A stretch of DNA of 64,000 nt from a virus, in the IMG/VR virus record IMGVR_UViG_3300045988_173726, positions 1 through 64,000 of that record; one strand, given 5' to 3'. The notes beneath the pieces were generated by a model. That model did not search any database and was not told where the DNA came from. It saw nothing but the letters and a program-made list of their open reading frames with translations. Of this stretch, positions 35,895 through 43,211 are shown in pieces; the first letter of the stretch is position 1, and each line of letters begins with the position of its first letter. Made by a program: the position numbers and the translations under genes.

Positions 35895-37094
35895 ATGGTC
35901 TATAGATTTAGCGAGATGCTTGGCGATGAGGTTTATAAGAATCGGGTGATATTCCTGTTAGGGGAGCATTCGTTCTTTAATAACATAGTCATTGACAGAG
36001 TTAGGGACATTGCGATTCCGAGGGAAGAGGTAAATGCAGAGCAAGTTCTGGATTTAATGTCGGAGTTCGGTGTAACTTCGGATAAAGAGGTTTCTCGCGG
36101 AAACAGTGTAGGGTTTGATGAGTTTCTGGACAGTACGAGTAGCTATCCGATGCGAGGTTTCTGGTATTGTAGCGTAGAGTATTCAGAGCTAACGGATAAA
36201 CAGAGGGAGCGGCTTGGTGTTTATATGAAGTCACCGCAGGAGACTGGGTATCTGGTTATAACGGTCAAGGACTTTCGGAAGCATAGGGAAATTCTTCGTA
36301 ATAATCTGGTAGCTAGGGGTTCGAGCGTTTGTGCGGTGCGACTTAGCTTTCCAGATAGAGCGTCATTAACAGAGATAGTCAAGGGGAAGCTAAGTGACGG
36401 CGGGGTTAAAGTAGACGAGAGAGGCATACAGCTATTTATTTTGCGCTTAAGTAACGCTTATAACGAGTATAGTGACTGCCTATCATCTATTATCACAATG
36501 TATTCTGGGAAGAGCATCGGGTATGGAGAGGTGCTTGATGCGTTACAGGGGACAGAGAATTACGCGGTAGATGATTTTGTTTATGCTTTGTTAAATCCGA
36601 TGGGAAGCGGAAAGGTTATAAAGCGCAGGAAGATATATCGGATTTACGGGAGCTTGATACAGAGTATGAGCGCGGAGAGGCTTCTTAATACGCTGTTAAA
36701 TAAGATTGACATTTTTATTTCGTTTCGTAGGCTTATCAACAACGGAGATTTGCCCGTGTCTGTAGCGTATAGCGCAACAGAAGTGCAGGATAAGCTTCCA
36801 GAGGATAGCCGTCTAAAGACATATAGTGCCTATGTGTTTAAGCGTATGGCACGGATAGCGTCTATGGCATCTCTTGGGGACTGGCTCAATATGCGGCTAA
36901 TGCTTAGTGAGGCAAAGAGGTCGGGGAAGATAGGGCTTGAGGATAGGTGTGAGAAGGCGCTGTTTTCCATGATGCATCGTAGCGTGCTTGGGGACGAGCG
37001 GTTTTTTAATGATTCGGGGTTTATAAGCACTGTGGGGGATGGTGAGCTTTATAGCCTAAATACGGTATTCTTTCGAGTAACTAGCAGTTTCTAA
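35895..37094 (+). CDS. Possible DNA polymerase III delta (HolA)-like clamp-loader subunit; 3' end supplied by the IS left end
   Basis: The N-terminus NRVIFLLGEHSFFNNIVIDRVRDI resembles the HolA N-terminal pattern, and the 399-aa size fits. The family call is weak. The stop at 37092-37094 lies inside element copy 2. Confidence 0.3.
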   Translation: MVYRFSEMLGDEVYKNRVIFLLGEHSFFNNIVIDRVRDIAIPREEVNAEQVLDLMSEFGVTSDKEVSRGNSVGFDEFLDSTSSYPMRGFWYCSVEYSELTDKQRERLGVYMKSPQETGYLVITVKDFRKHREILRNNLVARGSSVCAVRLSFPDRASLTEIVKGKLSDGGVKVDERGIQLFILRLSNAYNEYSDCLSSIITMYSGKSIGYGEVLDALQGTENYAVDDFVYALLNPMGSGKVIKRRKIYRIYGSLIQSMSAERLLNTLLNKIDIFISFRRLINNGDLPVSVAYSATEVQDKLPEDSRLKTYSAYVFKRMARIASMASLGDWLNMRLMLSEAKRSGKIGLEDRCEKALFSMMHRSVLGDERFFNDSGFISTVGDGELYSLNTVFFRVTSSF

Positions 37095-37173
37095 CAATGT
37101 AGAAGAAGCAGGAATTATTTTTCGATTTTCTATGTGTTAGTTAAGGTTTTCATTAGGAGCGTGGTGAGTTGTA

Positions 37174-38505
37174 ATGCAGAAACTAAAGTTGACTATAGTA
37201 GCACAGCTACACGAGTGGAGTAACCGATGTTTAATTGAATATATGGAAGCTTCTCGTAGAGATTACGGTAAAGCATTGCGAGAAGCTTTCTACGCAATAA
37301 AACGAGGAGGAATAGATAAGTCAAAGTACAACACATACCTCCAGTATAAATACGGAATTTCTAATCGAACTGCAAATTCTATCATTCTTGACGCTCAAGG
37401 ACGATTTAACGCCCTAAAGGAGTTAAAGGAGTATGAAAGGAAGCAGTTAGAAAGAAAAATTAAGTATCTTGAAAACACAGTCATTCCTAAGTTAGTTGAG
37501 AAAAGGAAGCAGAACTCAATTAAGCTTCAAGACGGAGTATCTGTTTCGTTGGTTCAACAACGGAATCTACGGTTAAGAGTAGTTTCAAAGAAGGCTAAAC
37601 TAAACAGGTTGAAGCAGAAGCTTGCGGTGTTAAAGTATCAATTAGAAACAGGAAGGTTAAAGCTTTGTTTTGGAACGACAAGGTTGCTCAAGCAAGACCA
37701 TGATAAGTTTATTGAACATCGAGATAGTCAAATGACTTTCATAGGAGATAAAGAGAAAACAGCATGTAATCAAGTTTTACAGTTGACCTACAATCGAAGA
37801 AGCAATCAGTTTTTGATTCGACTGCGAAAAGATTTCGGAGGATACAAGTCTGCTAAAGGTGACAATAGATATGCTTACGGTAGAGCTTATTTCAATCATC
37901 ATAAGGCACAGCTTGTTTCAATTTTAAGGTTTAAGACCAGTCCTCTATCTTATAGGATAATCAAGAGGAATGGCAGATATTACCTATATTGTGTATTTGA
38001 GTTTCAAGTAAGGGATGGCGATGTAGTTACTCGTTCTTCTTATGGAACTATTGGATTAGATTTTAACAAAGGTTTTGTGACCTTATCAGAGACGAATCAG
38101 TACGGACATTTAGTAAAGACACAGTGTATGCCGTATCGTTTTAAGTCTGGAAACAAGACAAAGACTGACCTACAAGGAGTAGCAAATCATGTAGTTAAGC
38201 TAGCATTGCAGACAGGTAAAGATGTTTGCATAGAAAATTTAGATTTTAGAGTAACGAAATCTAAAACAGAAGCAAAAATGGGAAAGAAGTACAACGATAT
38301 GCTTCATTCTCTAGCATATCGTGAGTTTAGTGACACGATGGAGCGTGTAACTTATAGACACAGAGTAGGATTAAACAAAGTCAACCCTGCATGGACATCA
38401 TGGCTGGCAGAGAAGATTTATTGCAAGCCTATGAAGTTGAATATACATACAGGAGCTTCATATGTAATAGCAAGGTGCGGGCAAGGATATAAGGACGCTG
38501 TGTAA
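37174..38505 (+). CDS. TnpB-like protein, copy 2 (443 aa), lacking RuvC-III Asp and zinc finger
   Basis: Motifs in order: ISNRTANSIILDAQGRFNALKE, YRIIKRNGRYYLYCVFEFQ, GLDFNKGFVTLSE, CIENLDFR, KYNDMLHSLAYREF, VNPAWTSW, then WLAEKIYCKPMKLNIHTGASYVIARCGQGYKDAV. Confidence 0.85.
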   Translation: MQKLKLTIVAQLHEWSNRCLIEYMEASRRDYGKALREAFYAIKRGGIDKSKYNTYLQYKYGISNRTANSIILDAQGRFNALKELKEYERKQLERKIKYLENTVIPKLVEKRKQNSIKLQDGVSVSLVQQRNLRLRVVSKKAKLNRLKQKLAVLKYQLETGRLKLCFGTTRLLKQDHDKFIEHRDSQMTFIGDKEKTACNQVLQLTYNRRSNQFLIRLRKDFGGYKSAKGDNRYAYGRAYFNHHKAQLVSILRFKTSPLSYRIIKRNGRYYLYCVFEFQVRDGDVVTRSSYGTIGLDFNKGFVTLSETNQYGHLVKTQCMPYRFKSGNKTKTDLQGVANHVVKLALQTGKDVCIENLDFRVTKSKTEAKMGKKYNDMLHSLAYREFSDTMERVTYRHRVGLNKVNPAWTSWLAEKIYCKPMKLNIHTGASYVIARCGQGYKDAV

Positions 38506-38743
38506 AGAGTGTTTCAAAGATAGCCTTATCCTATATAGATGTATCAACGCAAGACAGTTGAGCATCTCCCTGTAGGATGAAGTTTAATAGAAGCTCTGAC
38601 AACAATTCTTATTGTGTGGCTACGGTCGAAATGAGATGAGTTAGGGTGGAATAGGTTAACCGTAAGACCTTGAGTTGTAAAACTCTAAAATTGAGCTAGA
38701 GATGTGAATTTCCTAATTTATTTTCTCATTTTCTAGTTACGGT
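38506..38743 (+). ncRNA. omega-RNA-like conserved 3' tail of element copy 2
   Basis: Hairpins at 38538-38566, 38672-38685 and 38702-38729. AACCGTAA (38658-38665) is complementary to both CTACGGT (38620-38626) and the terminal TTACGGTT (38737-38744). Confidence 0.55.
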
Positions 38744-38826
38744 TTGAGCTAGCAGAGCTTCCGAAAGATGTAGTTGTTTATCGGGATGGAGTTCGTGTGG
38801 ACGATAAAGTGCTTACGTTTCAGTAA
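38737..38826 (+). pseudogene. Displaced 3' end of the HolA-like gene (candidate)
   Basis: An open frame runs from just after the element's TAG to TAA at 38824-38826. Deleting 37087-38743 joins the 35895 ORF in frame to IELAELPKDVVVYRDGVRVDDKVLTFQ*. It ends 11 nt before the next ATG. Confidence 0.4.
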
Positions 38827-38837
38827 GGGGAGGAAAG

Positions 38838-39647
38838 ATGACGCGGGTAGTTGCGAATTTAGTTTTGACTGGGATTTTCACGGTAGATACGAAGAAGAAG
38901 AAGGTGGTTGTTGGGGGGTATGAGGTCTTTCTTACAGACATTCCGTTTATAAGGTATCGTTTTAAGCGGTTTGACGAGGGGTGTGACGAGTATATTCTTT
39001 CGATGTGCGAGAAGTTTAAGACAGCGACTCCATTAGCCGAGGTAACGCTATATGAGAAGTGCCAAGAAGATATAGCGAGGCTAAGTAGCAAGATACCAAA
39101 CCTTGCGGTAATGCTTTATATTCCGATAGACGATTCGGATGTAGAGAAATCCGACATAAGCGAAGAGAGTAAGGCGTTATTACAGGAAGTCGTAAATAGC
39201 GGTGTAGCATATGACAGGATTATGATAAAGGACAACAGCAATACGCTGTTTACAGTCTCGTTTAACAGTATGCGAGCGAGTATTCAGCGTATTACTGGGT
39301 GCGAAGTTGGGAAAGTAGGAGTTTGCAAGAGTCCTTTGTCGGCATATAACAATAATGCTTGCATTCCCGCAATCGTAGCGCGGGAGATTTTAGTAAATCA
39401 CGACAGTAAGAGTAATACGACTCCGACTGCAAGGATGGAGTGCAGGAACGGTGGAAAGTGTTGTTGTATTCGGAATATCGTGATAGATAGGGACATTTTG
39501 CTTAGTCGTCCTTATGTAGAGAAAGCTTCGGGTGAGAGTTTATTTACTGGGATGCCGAAGCCAAGCCCTGTAAAGCGAGAGCGGAGAGAGAGAAAAGTAA
39601 AACAGCACTTGATAGGGAACATGGTAGACGGGAAACTCAAGTGGTGA
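38838..39647 (+). CDS. Hypothetical protein
   Basis: 269-aa ORF with RBS AAGGGGAGGAAAG. It has a Cys-rich patch ECRNGGKCCCIRN and a basic tail KRERRERKVKQH. Confidence 0.6.
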   Translation: MTRVVANLVLTGIFTVDTKKKKVVVGGYEVFLTDIPFIRYRFKRFDEGCDEYILSMCEKFKTATPLAEVTLYEKCQEDIARLSSKIPNLAVMLYIPIDDSDVEKSDISEESKALLQEVVNSGVAYDRIMIKDNSNTLFTVSFNSMRASIQRITGCEVGKVGVCKSPLSAYNNNACIPAIVAREILVNHDSKSNTTPTARMECRNGGKCCCIRNIVIDRDILLSRPYVEKASGESLFTGMPKPSPVKRERRERKVKQHLIGNMVDGKLKW

Positions 39648-39759
39648 AGTATAGCGGGAGAGCTTCAATACTTTTAAGAAAAATCAAATCTTAAGAAAAG
39701 GTTGACTAAAAGGTATTTATTCTAAGTCTATTCTTATGCAATTATCCTAGGATAGTAGG

Positions 39760-39788
39760 TTGACAAAGGGAGCAGAAACAGCTAATAT
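39760..39788 (+). promoter_or_regulatory. Sigma-70-type promoter TTGACA-17-TAATAT
   Basis: TTGACA (39760-39765), a 17-nt spacer, then TAATAT (39783-39788). Confidence 0.7.
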
Positions 39789-39871
39789 ATCTAAAGAAAA
39801 TATTACGAAGTCCTAAAGGTTTCAGTTGGGATGGCTGTTTGTCTGCTTCTACAGCAGTGGAGGAAATCGGG

Positions 39872-40573
39872 ATGGCGACTTTTCGCAGATGGTGTATGTC
39901 GGCAAAGCTGTTTGAGCCAGAGAGTACGCACGAGGCGAGTGCGTATATCGCGAAGAATTACAATAAGCTGGTAAGCTACGCGAGGGGTCAAGGTATAGAC
40001 CCTGCGAAGGCAGAGGATTTGATTGTGGATGTAACGATTTCGGTGTGCCGTGCGGAGTGGCTGGGCGAGTGGGTAACTGCGGTAGAGTGCGGGTATATGC
40101 AGATAGAGCAGTATATCTACGGGAAAATCAAGAAGTACGCGATGTTTCCAGCCTATAGGCGGGCAAGCACGGGGGCGTGGGTTCGTAAGAAAGCAGACGG
40201 CAAAGAGGTTTATATGCAAGTCGAGATACCTTCCTGTGGGGCAGAGGATGCCGAGGAAGGTAGTATGCCAGACTATCAGCTAGCATATATGAATCTATCG
40301 ACATACGATAATCTGGAGACAGTCGAGGCAGAGGAGTCGTTTGAAGAGGAGCTAGCATATGTTTTAAGCTTTGACGAGATGAGTAACGGCTTAATCAGCA
40401 GGATTTTACGGAATCTGGACTACTACAAAGCGAACGCGAGTTTTCTGGTGAGTAGCGGGGTTTCGGAGATGTTTAACAGTTTCGGGGAAGCGTTTGCGGA
40501 AGCGTTTGAGGATATAGTTAAAACGACCGCTAGGGATGACAGCAAATTGATAAGAGCGCTTAGAAAGGCGTAG
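39872..40573 (+). CDS. Sigma-factor-like protein (region-2-like N-terminus); start moved to ATG 39872
   Basis: RBS GGAGGA 8 nt upstream. YIAKNYNKLVSYARGQGIDPAKAEDLIVDVTISVCRAEW resembles sigma-70/ECF region 2 (..AEDLvQdv..). The rest is not clearly assignable. Confidence 0.35.
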   Translation: MATFRRWCMSAKLFEPESTHEASAYIAKNYNKLVSYARGQGIDPAKAEDLIVDVTISVCRAEWLGEWVTAVECGYMQIEQYIYGKIKKYAMFPAYRRASTGAWVRKKADGKEVYMQVEIPSCGAEDAEEGSMPDYQLAYMNLSTYDNLETVEAEESFEEELAYVLSFDEMSNGLISRILRNLDYYKANASFLVSSGVSEMFNSFGEAFAEAFEDIVKTTARDDSKLIRALRKA

Positions 40574-40634
40574 GGGGAGCTTATTATAAGGGGATAATAC
40601 GGGGCAGGGCTTTACTTTCGGAGGTATCGTATAT

Positions 40635-41513
40635 ATGGGAAGGTTGCTTGACAGTAAGCTTGACGAGTTAGATGCAGAAATATCAGCGATAGAGCAAAAG
40701 AAGCGTGGGTATTTGTACGATTGTAGACTCTATGACGAAGATAACATCCTTTGCGGAAGTAGCCACTTTGACTTTTGGAAAGCCGCCGTACAAGAGTTTA
40801 TAGGAGAGGAAAAGCGAGCGCAAGAGAAAGCGCTTGAGCAATCAGACCGTATAGTAGGTGCTTGTGGGGAGTATGGTCGGTATCTCTGTAGTCATCTTAG
40901 GATTCATCCAGAGAGTCCAGAGTATGAAGAAGTTTATAGCGAGGCAGTAGATTATTTTGCGAAAGCGCGTGATATAAGCGAGTATCCCGTATGTAATCTT
41001 GAGAATCCGTTAAAGTCCTTTGTTTATAAAGGCTTAAAGAATGTGATTCGGCGGCACGCAACGAAGAAGAAGCGGGAAGCGGAGCGGTTTGTTTCATCCG
41101 AGTTAATAAATGATTCTGGGGAGACAACAGACATTTTTGACTTGATTCCCGACAGTCGGTCAGAGCAGGCATTAAGCCTAGTAGAAGATAACGAGCTGGT
41201 TTCTGCGGTAGAGATGCTTGCGTCTGATAGATATAGTGAGAGCGGGGTAGATTTGCTTTGTTTTTGCTATGTAGCGGTAAAGACGGGGTATCAGATAAAT
41301 GACGCACAGTTTACGGTCGAGTGTAGTTTGCTTGGGATAGATAGTCCGAAGGAGCTTGAAGAAGAGCTTAGGAGTAAGCCCGAGGCGCTAGAGGTGCTTC
41401 GTAACATTTCGATTTGCGGAGAAAGTTATCAAGACGCGAGCGAGTGTATTGCAGATGTTTTGCGAAGGTACCTGTATTGCGGCGAGGAGATAGACAAGAT
41501 GCTCTGCAAGTGA
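40635..41513 (+). CDS. Sigma-factor-like protein
   Basis: NPLKSFVYKGLKNVIRRHATKKKREAERFVSSELINDSGETTDIFDLIPD resembles the region 2.4/3 layout of sigma-70-family proteins. The call is weak. Confidence 0.3.
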   Translation: MGRLLDSKLDELDAEISAIEQKKRGYLYDCRLYDEDNILCGSSHFDFWKAAVQEFIGEEKRAQEKALEQSDRIVGACGEYGRYLCSHLRIHPESPEYEEVYSEAVDYFAKARDISEYPVCNLENPLKSFVYKGLKNVIRRHATKKKREAERFVSSELINDSGETTDIFDLIPDSRSEQALSLVEDNELVSAVEMLASDRYSESGVDLLCFCYVAVKTGYQINDAQFTVECSLLGIDSPKELEEELRSKPEALEVLRNISICGESYQDASECIADVLRRYLYCGEEIDKMLCK

Positions 41514-41530
41514 TTAAGTTTATGAGGTAG

Positions 41531-41558
41531 AGCGCACCTGCGGGTGCGCTTTTATTTT
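41531..41558 (+). terminator. Rho-independent terminator
   Basis: AGCGCACC-TGCG-GGTGCGCT followed by TTTTATTTT. Confidence 0.85.
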
Positions 41559-41591
41559 AGGGAATAATAGGCACATAGTTAGAAAACGAGC

Positions 41592-41620
41592 TGGTACACA
41601 AGACTTCCGTGTTGTATAAT
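41592..41620 (+). promoter_or_regulatory. Promoter with a GTAC-type -35: TGGTAC-17-TATAAT
   Basis: TGGTAC (41592-41597), a 17-nt spacer, then TATAAT (41615-41620), upstream of 41653. Confidence 0.55.
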
Positions 41621-41652
41621 TTTCTTATAGAAATTTTCTGCGGAGGGTCGGC

Positions 41653-42543
41653 ATGATAGAGATAAAGCATACGCGGGGCGAGGTCACGGATAGGCTTGTG
41701 ACTAGGCTAAAGCAACGGAAGTTTGAGACGCGGGTAGACAGTGACGCGATAGATAGCGAGGTAGTTCGGATAACGGAGAAGCCGTCAAGGGTAGCGGGGG
41801 AGGCGGCAGAGAGACTGCACGAGCAGAACGCGAAGGCGCTTTGTGATTATCTTTATGAGATAGAGGCAGTGTTTAATAAGTTAAAGAATAAGCAGGGTTT
41901 AATCCGTATCGAGTATAACGCGGTGGATTCTCTGGTAGTATCTCGTCCGATAAGTCTACGAAAAGTAGATATGTTTAGCTTTGAGACAACGGATGTGCTT
42001 GATATGTCGGGGTATAAGATGATACGGGTCGATTATACGCATCTCGTAAAGTGTATGCTGTTTAGCCTAGCGCATAAGGATTTAGGCTATTCGCATGACT
42101 TTATGGAGGAGTTTCTTTGCGGGAAGTCGAGCATGGCGTATAGCACGGACATATCGCTACTGGATAGGGTTTTAGAAGAGGTGTCGTTTAATAAAATCCG
42201 AAAGACAGCGATAGGGGACAGTTTGTATCATAGAGTGCATGGCGGGGTCATTGTCGGGTATTACGGGGATAAGATAGCGGCAAAGACTTATGACGAAGTG
42301 GCGGTGCATGATGGTAATAAGACGATGCAGAGGATATTGAACGAGGTTCTGGAAAGGTTTATAGACAGACGCAAGGACTTATCGCTTGCGGGGCTTTATA
42401 ACAGGGGATTTACATTGATTTGCAAAGAGGAAGCGACAAAGAAAGAAGTGTTAGAGGTTTTGTCGGAGGGTGTATGTGTAGAGCTGTTTGGCAGGAAGTT
42501 TGAGGCGCATCCGTTAATCACTTGTATAGACGCGAAAGGTTAA
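41653..42543 (+). CDS. Hypothetical protein
   Basis: 296-aa ORF with RBS GGAGGG. No recognisable motif. Confidence 0.6.
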   Translation: MIEIKHTRGEVTDRLVTRLKQRKFETRVDSDAIDSEVVRITEKPSRVAGEAAERLHEQNAKALCDYLYEIEAVFNKLKNKQGLIRIEYNAVDSLVVSRPISLRKVDMFSFETTDVLDMSGYKMIRVDYTHLVKCMLFSLAHKDLGYSHDFMEEFLCGKSSMAYSTDISLLDRVLEEVSFNKIRKTAIGDSLYHRVHGGVIVGYYGDKIAAKTYDEVAVHDGNKTMQRILNEVLERFIDRRKDLSLAGLYNRGFTLICKEEATKKEVLEVLSEGVCVELFGRKFEAHPLITCIDAKG

Positions 42544-42556
42544 GAGGGGAGGAAGT

Positions 42557-43159
42557 ATGGAGGGCAACAAAGTAGTTTATTGTCACTTTTCTTTTAGGCG
42601 ACCGAGGGGCGAGGGATACGGAATCTTCTCGTGTGCCTTGTATAACGATTATGACGGGACAGAGCCAGTAATCAAGCGGGTATGTATGGAGGAGTTATGG
42701 AAAGACCATCAGCATATCACGGCGATTCAAGCCTACAGGTTTGCGTTAGACAGTATATATAAGTGGCAGGCGCATTTACTTAGGTTTGGGGTAGTTGCGG
42801 TATTACTGGTTACGGACAATCAGAATTTAGCGGGATGGATATTAAATCCGAAGAAGGGCAGTTTTCGGGAGTATATGCGGAAAGCGTATCGTCCGTATCA
42901 GATAGGAACTAAGCGGCTCACAATCACGGTAGGGCTGTGTATTCCGAGGGATTACGAGAAGTCGCACAAGTTCTGCAAGTTAGAGTTTGTGGAGAACTAT
43001 GACGAGTTTATGCAGAAGGGAAAGCAGACTAAGTTAGAGCTTGGCGGTATGCGGTTAATGTCGGATGTGATAGCGGAGGATATACCCGAGGGTGTTTCGG
43101 AGTTCAAGCCAATAAGTTCAGAAGAGGCTTTGCGGAGTAATGACGAAGAGGAGCAGTAA
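42557..43159 (+). CDS. Hypothetical protein (only a weak RNase H-like pattern)
   Basis: 200-aa ORF with RBS GGGGAGGAAG. TAIQAYRFALDSI and LLVTDNQNLAGWI recall RNase HI blocks, but the first acidic residue is not evident. Confidence 0.55.
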   Translation: MEGNKVVYCHFSFRRPRGEGYGIFSCALYNDYDGTEPVIKRVCMEELWKDHQHITAIQAYRFALDSIYKWQAHLLRFGVVAVLLVTDNQNLAGWILNPKKGSFREYMRKAYRPYQIGTKRLTITVGLCIPRDYEKSHKFCKLEFVENYDEFMQKGKQTKLELGGMRLMSDVIAEDIPEGVSEFKPISSEEALRSNDEEEQ

Positions 43160-43211
43160 GCGACACGGCTGGTAAAAGAAACAAGGCTTAATCTAAGCCT
43201 AGAGGGAAGAT

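Larger units (their letters stand above)
37087..38743 (+). mobile_element. TnpB-only IS200/IS605-like element, copy 2 (complete)
   Basis: Left homology with copy 3 begins near GTTTCTAACAATGTAGAAGAA (the boundary is uncertain by several nt). Right homology with copies 1 and 3 ends at TTACGGT (38743). No tnpA. Confidence 0.7.

Noticed and set aside
38691-38757. The copy 2 flank TTGAGCTAGCAGAG resembles the scaffold segment TTGAGCTAGAGATG, which could suggest self-pairing or self-targeting.
   Set aside because: Only 9 contiguous nt are shared, and the other two copies show no such relation between flank and scaffold. It is probably coincidence.
37087-38763. CRISPR array or repeat-spacer structure next to the TnpB-like genes.
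   Set aside because: The only repeats are the whole-element copies. No short direct repeats with regular spacers flank any copy.
42557-43159. Calling 42557-43159 an RNase H.
   Set aside because: Two blocks look RNase HI-like, but the first catalytic Asp position reads CH, and I cannot verify the remaining acidic residues. I left it as hypothetical.
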